Shown: piece by piece, positions 48,719-56,947 of the stretch
How the letters are laid out: the number at the start of each line of letters is the position of its first letter
How positions within the stretch are numbered: the first letter of the stretch is position 1
Origin: Herpetosiphon giganteus
GTDB taxonomy: Bacteria > Chloroflexota > Chloroflexia > Chloroflexales > Herpetosiphonaceae
Length of the DNA: 59,933 nucleotides
Assembly (NCBI RefSeq): GCF_016907925.1
Contig: NZ_JAFBCZ010000018.1
Location: 64,001 to 123,933, forward strand
Reading direction: 5' to 3'
Notes under the pieces: generated by a model
The model's input: only the letters and a program-made list of their open reading frames with translations
What the model was told of the DNA's origin: nothing
Database searches by the model: none
Position numbers and translations under genes: made by a program

Positions 48719-51034
48719 TTAGCGCCCAAACGCTGTCAAGGCGCGCTGGCTCAATAGTTCAGCTGGCAGCGGAAACTGGGCAATAAGCTGCCCATAGCTG
48801 CGCTCTTGAATCAAATTGCCAGCAACCCCAACCAAAACCAGCGTTTCAGCATCGGCACTAACCACCGCATGATTGTGTAATGGCAACTCATCGCTCCATT
48901 CCAAGGCTCCAGTTGCGGCGGCATAAACCCGATATTGCTTGCTGAGCACAGGTTGTTGCAAACTGCGTTGCCACCATAAGCGCGTGCCATCAGCCGACCA
49001 ACCGACAATTGGGGTTGTAGTTACCATCGGCCCGCTTGGTTGTTGATCAAGCACGTGCCATGTTTGGCTAGCATGATCGTAACGCTGCAATTGAGCCATG
49101 CCCTGCGCCGAATCAAAGGTTACTGCGGCTAAAGCAGAGCCATCAGGAGCCAAGGCTAGGGCATGGTCTGAGCTAAGCGGCAAACTGAGCGTACTTGAGG
49201 TTTGGTTGGTTAAATTCCACCAAACCAGCTGTTGCTCGCTAGCAGTTTGGCTTTGGCGATAAACCAAGGTTTGTTGGTTTGCCATAACCAAGGTTTGCGG
49301 CTCGTAGGGCAATTCGGCCAAAATTTCAATTTCCGCTTGTTGGGTGAGCATAATTTTGGCAAAAAAAGTTTTTTTGTTGAAAGCGCTTGTTCTGGCACCA
49401 TGCAATAAGGCATACAGGGTTTGACCACTCCACGCTAGCGGCTCGATCTTTTGATAGTTATGTGGTTTGAAGGTTGTTTCAAGCGCTGTAAGCTGGTTGG
49501 TAGTGAGATCTAAAAGCAGTAACGGTTGAGCAGAATGACGTGGCAAAAGAACAATCAGTACCTGTTGCAAATCGGGATTGATTACTGTTTGGATTGTCGT
49601 ATCTAATGGGTGTTCTATAGCAGAATAATCAATTTGACGATGGGTTTGGGTTTGGGGATCGTAGAGCCATAGTGCATCAGACGAATCGTCGCGGTAAAGC
49701 GCCAAAGCAGGGAGCTTAGGCCGCTTAATTAATAACCGTATATCAAGCATTTCAATCTGTTGATCGCTCCATAGGGTGGAATAGATAGTTGTTTGGTTCA
49801 TTGTCTCCTTGGCAAACAGTGCCAAGGGATAGCGCTCGGTAGCAGGGAGTACGATTTGATTGGTTGCTAGTGATTGAGCATTCGGCAACCCTCCATCAGG
49901 TATAGTTTGCGGCACTATTAAAATGTTCCCAACCGCTTGAATAGGTTGTTGCCCAACCGCAAAACTGGTGCGTTGTTGGCTTTGGGGATGCCACAAATCA
50001 ATAAAATAATTGTCATACAAATACGCATACCAATAGCCCGATTGATAGCTTGGCACGAGCGACAAGCGTTGCTCAACAGGATAAGAATCAAGCAATTTAC
50101 CGGTTTCAAGATCATAAATGTGCCATGTATAGGGCGGTTTCTTTCTAAAGGGCAGGGATTCTTCAATAACTGCAATCTGCTTTAAATCGGGCGCAACGAT
50201 AATGTTATAAGGCTGCTCGCTTGGTGGTGGCGTAAGTTGAACTGTGCGTAATGGCGCTCCCGTAAGCCCATCCAACTCAAGCACAGCCGTTTCGTTATGC
50301 AACACAAAAAGCCGTTGCTGAACAAATGTAATAATTCCACGCTCCTCAGCCGTGGTTAACTCAGCAGTTCGTGGGTCATAGTGGCTCATTTTCTGTTCAG
50401 ATTTATAGGTGGAGCACCAAAATGTCCCGTGGAGGTTCAGTGTACACGTATATCGAGAAATATACTCAAGGTTAATATCGTGCTGCTCAAGTATTGCTCC
50501 ATCGCTTAACTGAACATGCATCCATGTCCAAAAAAAAGCTCCAAGTTTTGGTTTACTGCGCTCAATTGTCAAATATACGCCAGTTTTGGCTTCATCGAGC
50601 GCCGCAAAGACGAAATCAGTCCCATCAAAAGTATCGAATTCTATTTCCCAGCGGTATTGATTGGTTGCAAAATCAAACAGCTGAATACCATTGAAGTGAT
50701 GACTAATTGCTAGGTGTTCTTCAGCAAAGATACTGACAATTTTATCGGGGTATTTCGCGCCAACAGGGGTTAATTCGCCGCTCGCTGCAAGCCAAACATA
50801 ATTTAAATCCAAGCCAAACTCTGGCTGTTTCAATTGCACCAACACCCGCTCATTGGCTGGCATGCTCAAGGCTTGGGTGGGCGTGGCAATTGGCTGGCTT
50901 GGGCTGGCTTGGGCTGCCGACGGTAAAGTTGGCGTGGCTTGGCTAACGACAGTTGGCGTGGGCTGTTGCGCTTGGCAATTGCTCAACAACCCAACCAATA
51001 TCCCCAGCAAAAGCATTCGATACACTTTTTGCAT
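48719..51034 (-). CDS. Lipoprotein with Pro/Thr/Ser-rich linker and beta-propeller-like (PD40/PQQ-like) repeats; distant member of the downstream paralog array
   Basis: Lipobox LLSNC; RBS gggagaagg. Repeat-like segments LELDGLTGAPLRTV, YDLETGKLL, ALAPDGSALAAV and WSADGTRLWW. Confidence 0.6.
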   Translation of the reverse strand: MQKVYRMLLLGILVGLLSNCQAQQPTPTVVSQATPTLPSAAQASPSQPIATPTQALSMPANERVLVQLKQPEFGLDLNYVWLAASGELTPVGAKYPDKIVSIFAEEHLAISHHFNGIQLFDFATNQYRWEIEFDTFDGTDFVFAALDEAKTGVYLTIERSKPKLGAFFWTWMHVQLSDGAILEQHDINLEYISRYTCTLNLHGTFWCSTYKSEQKMSHYDPRTAELTTAEERGIITFVQQRLFVLHNETAVLELDGLTGAPLRTVQLTPPPSEQPYNIIVAPDLKQIAVIEESLPFRKKPPYTWHIYDLETGKLLDSYPVEQRLSLVPSYQSGYWYAYLYDNYFIDLWHPQSQQRTSFAVGQQPIQAVGNILIVPQTIPDGGLPNAQSLATNQIVLPATERYPLALFAKETMNQTTIYSTLWSDQQIEMLDIRLLIKRPKLPALALYRDDSSDALWLYDPQTQTHRQIDYSAIEHPLDTTIQTVINPDLQQVLIVLLPRHSAQPLLLLDLTTNQLTALETTFKPHNYQKIEPLAWSGQTLYALLHGARTSAFNKKTFFAKIMLTQQAEIEILAELPYEPQTLVMANQQTLVYRQSQTASEQQLVWWNLTNQTSSTLSLPLSSDHALALAPDGSALAAVTFDSAQGMAQLQRYDHASQTWHVLDQQPSGPMVTTTPIVGWSADGTRLWWQRSLQQPVLSKQYRVYAAATGALEWSDELPLHNHAVVSADAETLVLVGVAGNLIQERSYGQLIAQFPLPAELLSQRALTAFGR

Positions 51035-51055
51035 AGCCTTCTCCCTCTCTGGCTC

Positions 51056-53440
51056 CTATGGTTGCGGATAGACATACTCAACACTAAATGATCGAAATGG
51101 AGTCGTCGCATCAAAGCCATTAAATTGGATTAACGGCAACCAGTGTTGATTAATTCGCTCCAAAATATACACATCGTCGGGCATCACCACCATGACACGC
51201 TGGCCAAACCAATCACTCTTGGTTAGATTGAACCAATCAGCAAGCACCAGTGAATGGCCGATTTGGCTTGTGCGGCTCAATGTCAGCAAGCGTGAGTTAA
51301 TCGTCTGGCTTTGGGCAAGCAAATAATATTGACTATCGCCCGACCACGTACCTTGAAAGCCTATCTGCAGCGGCTGGCGCATTAACTCCAAACCAGTTGC
51401 ACTATCAAACATCAACAAGGTGCCATAGCGCCAAGGATACGTCCGCTCAAACAGCATAATCGTCTGGCCATCGGGCGCGATCTCAATTTCAAGGGCCTTG
51501 CGATCATCGGTTGCCATGAGCAATTGGGTTAGTTGGCTGACGATTGAATAGCGCTGAAGTTGATCTTGGAAATCTTGATAGACGACAATTGGCGAGCCAG
51601 CCGTATACCAAAGCTCCTTCGCCTGATCAGGATTGAGCAGATTTGTGCCTTGGCTTGGGTCATTGGCCGAGCTTTGCCAGACCAAATATTCAAACGATTG
51701 CGCCGATTCAAGCCACGTTCGACCAACAATTGTTAGTTGCTGCCCATCCCAGTAGATGGGGATTAATGTGGTTGCGGCGGGCAGTTCGGCAAAAATCCTG
51801 GGTTGGCCAGTTTGCAGATCAACCGCAAGGCAACGGTTGACTCGTGAATTGGATTGCGCATTGAAATGATAGCTATAGCACACCGCAATGCTCCGATTAT
51901 CGGGCGCACTGACTCCCGCAAAATCATCCCAACCGCCAATTTCAGCGGGATCGAGATCAAGGGTAAGGGTTGTTTGGCTGGTTGGATCAAAAATCTGCCA
52001 GCTTGCGTCTGTCCGATCAATCAGCAATGGCGCTGCATTCCAACGGGCAATACGATAAAAACTTTCTTCAGACTCCACGCGACGGCTTTCGTTAGGCCAA
52101 AGCTGGAGGGTCTGCGATTCATGCCCAACTAAAGCCAAAGGCTGAGCGGCCAATGCCACAGGCGCAAGCGGAGCATTTGCCGGAAACGGAACAGTCAAAA
52201 TTTCAAGCTGTGGGTTAGCAACCGAGGGCAGTGGCTGAAACTTGGGAATTAATCCAAACCCAAAAATTGTATGCTCAAGCTCAATCGTTTGAGTTTGGTT
52301 GGTTGGGAGATCAATCGTTTCCAAGACACCAGTGCGATTGAGCAGAATGAGGCGTTGGTCATCGAGAAAGCGAATCAACTGACTCACATCATAGCTACTG
52401 GTATGAGTTCGTTCATAGACTAATTGACGTTGCCACAAACCAAGCCCATTGCCAGCGCGATCATAGGCGAAAATTTGCTGAACTAAATTTGTGTCGAAGT
52501 TTTCGAAACGATTAACAACCGCAACCACATAGCTGAGATCGGGCGAAACCAACAGATGATCAATGCGTCCAGCACGTGGTAAATGTGAAAATTCAGTTTG
52601 GTTGAGCGTTTGACGCTTGAGCAAATCGATTTCGTTGACCATGCCTGAACCAAAGACCAAGGCCCGCTGCCCATCGGCTGCCACCGCAGCGAACTCAAGC
52701 TGGCTAAACCAGGGTTCTGCAAAGCCTTCACTGGCCGCATCAAAGCCAAACAATTGACCGTCGGCCAAAAGCCATGGACCAGCGGCGGTTGGCAAGACTT
52801 TGGGTTGTTGGCGCAACAGCGGTGCTTGATATTGGCGCAATTCTAGGCCACTGCGGCTATCCAGCCCACGCAAACGCACCGTCGCAGGCTGAAATGGGTC
52901 ATTGGTGGCTTGCTTTTCGATTAACCAAACCACATCCATAAATGGATCGTTGACCACATCCAAAATTGTGGTTTCGCGTTGATCTGTTTGGGTAAACAGT
53001 GGCAATTGCCACAAACGCCGATCATCGCGCAACGAACGGGCTTCGAGCCAGGCATAATTGCGACTCAACAGCACATTATGGTCGCGGTCAATTGTAATTA
53101 TCGGCTCTCGATCGATGAGCTTGCCTCGCGGTTGAGGCTGATTAACGCCATCCCAAAAATGCGACTCAGCCTCATCTCCCATCAACAGCAACTGTTGCTC
53201 GCCCAGATCAAGCGTTTTGCTGGCGGGCAGCGGCTGATTGGGTTGGGGCTGAGTTGCAATACTCGGGGTTGGAACTGCTGCAACCACCACCGTCGCAGTT
53301 GGCACAGGTGCTGGGGGCGCTGGCGTTTGGGCTGCCAAAATCATGGCAATTAATAAACCAATCCCAGCCATGACTGGTAGAATTTGCCAACGACGGCCTG
53401 AACCGCCAATCTTGGCGCGCTGCGAATGCTCTTCCATCAT
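51056..53440 (-). CDS. Membrane-anchored beta-propeller-repeat protein, paralog family member 2 (ends YVYPQP)
   Basis: Start set to the MMEEHSQ methionine after RBS gagagg. N-terminal RRWQILPVMAGIGLLIAMILA TM segment; P/T-rich linker; PD40-like segments (IAPDGQTIMLF). Confidence 0.6.
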   Translation of the reverse strand: MMEEHSQRAKIGGSGRRWQILPVMAGIGLLIAMILAAQTPAPPAPVPTATVVVAAVPTPSIATQPQPNQPLPASKTLDLGEQQLLLMGDEAESHFWDGVNQPQPRGKLIDREPIITIDRDHNVLLSRNYAWLEARSLRDDRRLWQLPLFTQTDQRETTILDVVNDPFMDVVWLIEKQATNDPFQPATVRLRGLDSRSGLELRQYQAPLLRQQPKVLPTAAGPWLLADGQLFGFDAASEGFAEPWFSQLEFAAVAADGQRALVFGSGMVNEIDLLKRQTLNQTEFSHLPRAGRIDHLLVSPDLSYVVAVVNRFENFDTNLVQQIFAYDRAGNGLGLWQRQLVYERTHTSSYDVSQLIRFLDDQRLILLNRTGVLETIDLPTNQTQTIELEHTIFGFGLIPKFQPLPSVANPQLEILTVPFPANAPLAPVALAAQPLALVGHESQTLQLWPNESRRVESEESFYRIARWNAAPLLIDRTDASWQIFDPTSQTTLTLDLDPAEIGGWDDFAGVSAPDNRSIAVCYSYHFNAQSNSRVNRCLAVDLQTGQPRIFAELPAATTLIPIYWDGQQLTIVGRTWLESAQSFEYLVWQSSANDPSQGTNLLNPDQAKELWYTAGSPIVVYQDFQDQLQRYSIVSQLTQLLMATDDRKALEIEIAPDGQTIMLFERTYPWRYGTLLMFDSATGLELMRQPLQIGFQGTWSGDSQYYLLAQSQTINSRLLTLSRTSQIGHSLVLADWFNLTKSDWFGQRVMVVMPDDVYILERINQHWLPLIQFNGFDATTPFRSFSVEYVYPQP

Positions 53441-53520
53441 CAATACCTCTCGTAGGGTTGCTCTCATTGGAGCATACTATCGAACCTTGCCCTAATCATA
53501 GCAAACTATGCCAAGTTGGC

Positions 53521-53862
53521 TTAGCGAGGATACACATAACGCACCCTGCTTCTAGGCGTGGCTTCGAGTTGGTGTTGCCGAAGAAGCACTAGCGCTGTGC
53601 GAGCTTGAGCACTTGGCGTGGCATGAGGAGTTGTGCTTGGAAATAGAACAATCGTGGCGGTCGGGCTGGGTTTAATCGTGGGCGAGGCAGCAAGCGCCAC
53701 GGCTGTTGGCTGGTTGGTAGGGCTAGGTTAGGCTTGATCAACAGGGCTTAAACCAAACAGCATACGCACAACTAAGCCAAGCCCAATTACTGTGCAACTC
53801 AGCAGCAAAACCCGCCAATGTCGCCCTAGATTGCGAGCCTTGGCGGCAGAACGATCATCCAT
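53521..53862 (-). pseudogene. Decayed paralog remnant: N-terminal anchor (MDDRSAAKARNLGRHWRVLLLSCTVIGLGLVV...), in-frame TAA, linker (PTAVALAASPTIKPSPTATIVLFP) joined directly to a C-terminal ...RVRYVYPR stop. The ~2.3-kb ectodomain is deleted.
   Basis: Single reading frame with an internal TAA at 53728-53730. Matches N-terminus, linker and C-terminus of the 54024 and 56948 genes (compare DRNWWRVLPVLGALGLLGLMLVL, TAVALLGSATPSIQPSPTLIAAPFP, YYVYPR). Confidence 0.6.
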
Positions 53863-54023
53863 CAGCAAACCCTCTCACTCGTGCTTGACCATGGGGAATA
53901 GTACGATCAAGCCTAGCGCACACGTCATGGGTTGCACAATGATAGCAAGCTGATGCCAAGCTGAGTCAAGGCTGGGGATCATAACCTGTCATCCGATCCC
54001 CAACCCCCGATCCCTATATCCAA

Positions 54024-56708
54024 TTAGCGTGGATACACATAATAAATCTCTTCGGAAAGGCCAATATCCTCGCTAATCCGCCAATCAATCTGTAATGCTT
54101 GGCCATCCCAGCTGAGTTGCTCAAGGCTTGGTTGCCACAAATGCTGGGCCAGCAGCGTTTTGCCATCGTTATACAAGGCTACTGGTTTTTTGAGCGGATC
54201 ACGCTTTGTACTAAATACGAGGCTTGGTTGTTGGGCGTTATAAACGCCAAGCCGTTGTTCGCGGCTAATATTCCCAAAATCCAACAACAACCAACGGCCA
54301 TCAGGCGACCATAAAAATGGGCTTTCGCTACTCTCGGAATACGCGCCTGAATCTAGTTGATACCAGCGTTGCTGCTCAAGCTGATATAAGGCCGGAGCAC
54401 TACTGCCATCAGCTGTTGGCAACATAAAAGCAAAGCTATTGCCTTCGGGCGAAAAACTCAGCGCATCGGCGGCTAATGGCATCAATGGCAGGGCAATATC
54501 GTGGCTTTGCTGCTTAACCAAATCGAGCACTCGCAACAGCATCGTTTTATTAGCAGCAGCCAGCGGGTAGATTAGCCAGCGTTGATTGGGCGCAACATAC
54601 ACCCGGGCCAGAATCGCATTGCTCACATCAGGAATGTTGGCCACAATCGCGGGAATTTCAGCGATTTTTTCTGCTTGGAATGGCGGCCCGAGCTGCACCC
54701 GCCAGAGCAGTTGAGGGTTTTTGCTGGTTTGCAGAAAATAGATGCTATCGCCTTGCCAAGCAAGCGGCTTAGCCCATTTCAATTCTGGCCAGGTGCGCGA
54801 ATCGGCGAGCACATTCCATTCGCCAGTTTGGGTATTGATTTGCAGCAGTTGACTTGCCCCAATAAATTGATCGTTGCTACGCATATCTTGGCCTACCACC
54901 ACCACCATGCTTTGATAATTTGGCGCAAGCATGCTGTCGATAAAACTTTCGTCGTTCAGAATCTTTTCAAATTCCCATTCGACAGTTTGCTGGCTCACCG
55001 GATCAAGCAATTGCCATGTTTTTGATTTGGGGTGTTGCAGCACTAAGGGCGGCTGATTATAGCGCTCAAACAGCCTAGAACCTTCCTCAACCAATACTTC
55101 AAGCGTTTGATCAGATGATAGCCGTTGCAAGCGTAAATCTAGGCCAAGTCGATCGCCAAAAATTGCCACTGGCTGAATGCTTGGGGGTTGAATCGTTGGC
55201 AAATTCGGTTGATCATACATTGGCACCATGGTTGGTAACGGCGTAACCGCCGCTTGATATTCGCTATTCGCCAGATTAATCGCCGGGCCAGCGATCTCAC
55301 CCAGCCATGCAATGCCATGATCGCCCCAAACTGAAGCTGGAACAACCTCGGTCAAGCTATTGGTTGCGACATTCCAACGGCTAACCAACTGCTGCTCACG
55401 CTCCCAATCGAAGCTCGAGATGAACCATTGATCGGCAGTTATGCCAGGGTAGATTGAGCTAAGGCTGTCAACTTCGCTGATCCCAAGCAACTGCCCAGTT
55501 TGCAGGTTGTAGACCGAGCTGAAATACCGATCGTCAACGCGTGGATCATCACTGCTGACGATGCTCTCAACCACTAAGGTTTGTTGGTTATGCGAGAACG
55601 TGGCGCTAAGCAGATTGCCTTGAAACGGCGGATTTAATGCTACTTTTTGCTCATTACCACTCGCCCAATCGATCAGGCTCAACGTGGTTGGTGCCCGAAA
55701 CACCCCCAAGAATGGTTGCGTGCCATCACCAACAATCTCATTCTTATTAAGCGCACCAACATCACGTTTTGTCATGGTCATGGGGTCAAATTGAAACAGT
55801 TTATCCTCTTCGATGCCCCAAATCTTGCCATCGCTGGTCATGATATGGCTATGGCCTGGGAGTGGTAATGAGCTGGGGCCATCAAGCAGCTGACCATCCT
55901 GAATCGCGAGATGGCTCCACGTCCAACGTGCATCATCGCTACGTTGATCAAGCACATAGACCCCGCTGCCAGCTTGATCAACTTTTAGCCTACTTTTACG
56001 ATCATACTGGTTTTTGGGCAATAATTGCATACTCCAACGCGGCTGACCCGTTTTGAGGTCAATTGCAACTAAGTTTTGGTTACGCGGCAGCAGCAAGGTT
56101 TGTTGCTCGGGCAACAGCGCCATAAAGTTTGCTGCATACTCATCGACGGTCGCAATTGGCACAAAGCCTGTAGCCTCAACGCGTACCAATTGATATTGCT
56201 CTATATCAGCACGCACAATCATTGCATAGCTATGGATTTGGTCAACAGGTGTAGGTTGAGCCGTTAACGTTGGCAGCGTTGTAGGTGTTTGAAGCCCAAG
56301 CGTTGCTGCGGGAATCGTCGTTGTTGGTTGTTGAATCGCGGGCACAATTGTTGGCAACAACTCGGCATCATTCAGATCCCTGGTTGGAACGCTGGTGAAT
56401 GCTGGCTCAATCGTCGCTAACCGAAACTCGCCTGGGTCTGCTGGCAAAACTTGGATTGGCGGCGCTGATTGCTCTGGTTGCCAGGCAGGAAACGGCGCGG
56501 CAATCAAGGTTGGGCTAGGCTGAATACTTGGCGTAGCTGAACCAAGCAAGGCCACCGCAGTGGAGTCAACATCCGCTTCATCAAGCCTACTTGGCATGAA
56601 TGTCAGCACCAGCATCAAGCCAAGTAGGCCCAACGCCCCAAGCACGGGCAGCACCCGCCACCAATTGCGATCCTTGCTCAGTTTCACCCGTTCTCGTTGT
56701 GGTTGCAT
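54024..56708 (-). CDS. Membrane-anchored beta-propeller-repeat protein, paralog 3 (TolB/PD40-like repeats; ends IYYVYPR)
   Basis: ATG for MQPQRERV follows RBS gaggag; the ORF track starts at an upstream TTG. TM segment WWRVLPVLGALGLLGLMLVL; P/T linker; motifs AIDLKTGQPRW, LSFSPEGNSF and WSPDGRWLLLD. Confidence 0.65.
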   Translation of the reverse strand: MQPQRERVKLSKDRNWWRVLPVLGALGLLGLMLVLTFMPSRLDEADVDSTAVALLGSATPSIQPSPTLIAAPFPAWQPEQSAPPIQVLPADPGEFRLATIEPAFTSVPTRDLNDAELLPTIVPAIQQPTTTIPAATLGLQTPTTLPTLTAQPTPVDQIHSYAMIVRADIEQYQLVRVEATGFVPIATVDEYAANFMALLPEQQTLLLPRNQNLVAIDLKTGQPRWSMQLLPKNQYDRKSRLKVDQAGSGVYVLDQRSDDARWTWSHLAIQDGQLLDGPSSLPLPGHSHIMTSDGKIWGIEEDKLFQFDPMTMTKRDVGALNKNEIVGDGTQPFLGVFRAPTTLSLIDWASGNEQKVALNPPFQGNLLSATFSHNQQTLVVESIVSSDDPRVDDRYFSSVYNLQTGQLLGISEVDSLSSIYPGITADQWFISSFDWEREQQLVSRWNVATNSLTEVVPASVWGDHGIAWLGEIAGPAINLANSEYQAAVTPLPTMVPMYDQPNLPTIQPPSIQPVAIFGDRLGLDLRLQRLSSDQTLEVLVEEGSRLFERYNQPPLVLQHPKSKTWQLLDPVSQQTVEWEFEKILNDESFIDSMLAPNYQSMVVVVGQDMRSNDQFIGASQLLQINTQTGEWNVLADSRTWPELKWAKPLAWQGDSIYFLQTSKNPQLLWRVQLGPPFQAEKIAEIPAIVANIPDVSNAILARVYVAPNQRWLIYPLAAANKTMLLRVLDLVKQQSHDIALPLMPLAADALSFSPEGNSFAFMLPTADGSSAPALYQLEQQRWYQLDSGAYSESSESPFLWSPDGRWLLLDFGNISREQRLGVYNAQQPSLVFSTKRDPLKKPVALYNDGKTLLAQHLWQPSLEQLSWDGQALQIDWRISEDIGLSEEIYYVYPR

Positions 56709-56947
56709 CGATATTGCTCCTCTATTCAATCATGAGTGGCTATCGGCACTAGGCTATAGGCTATTGGCTATGGGCTATTGGCGTTGGGAACCGCGAAGCG
56801 CACGAAGGACGCGAAGGTTCGTTTTTAGCCACAAATTGCCCGAAGCATAGAGTGTCGCCACAGCTTCATACTCCCAATAGCCTTCAGCCTAGAGCCGATA
56901 GCCTAACTCCTCCCCCCTGATCCCCGATCCCCGATCCCTACGTACAA

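Noticed and set aside
56560-56850. 96-aa plus-strand ORF with a near-identical 95-aa twin at 59463..59750
   Set aside because: Their conservation mirrors the gene-converted 5' ends and leaders of the two minus-strand paralogs. Ser/Arg-rich translation with no start context.
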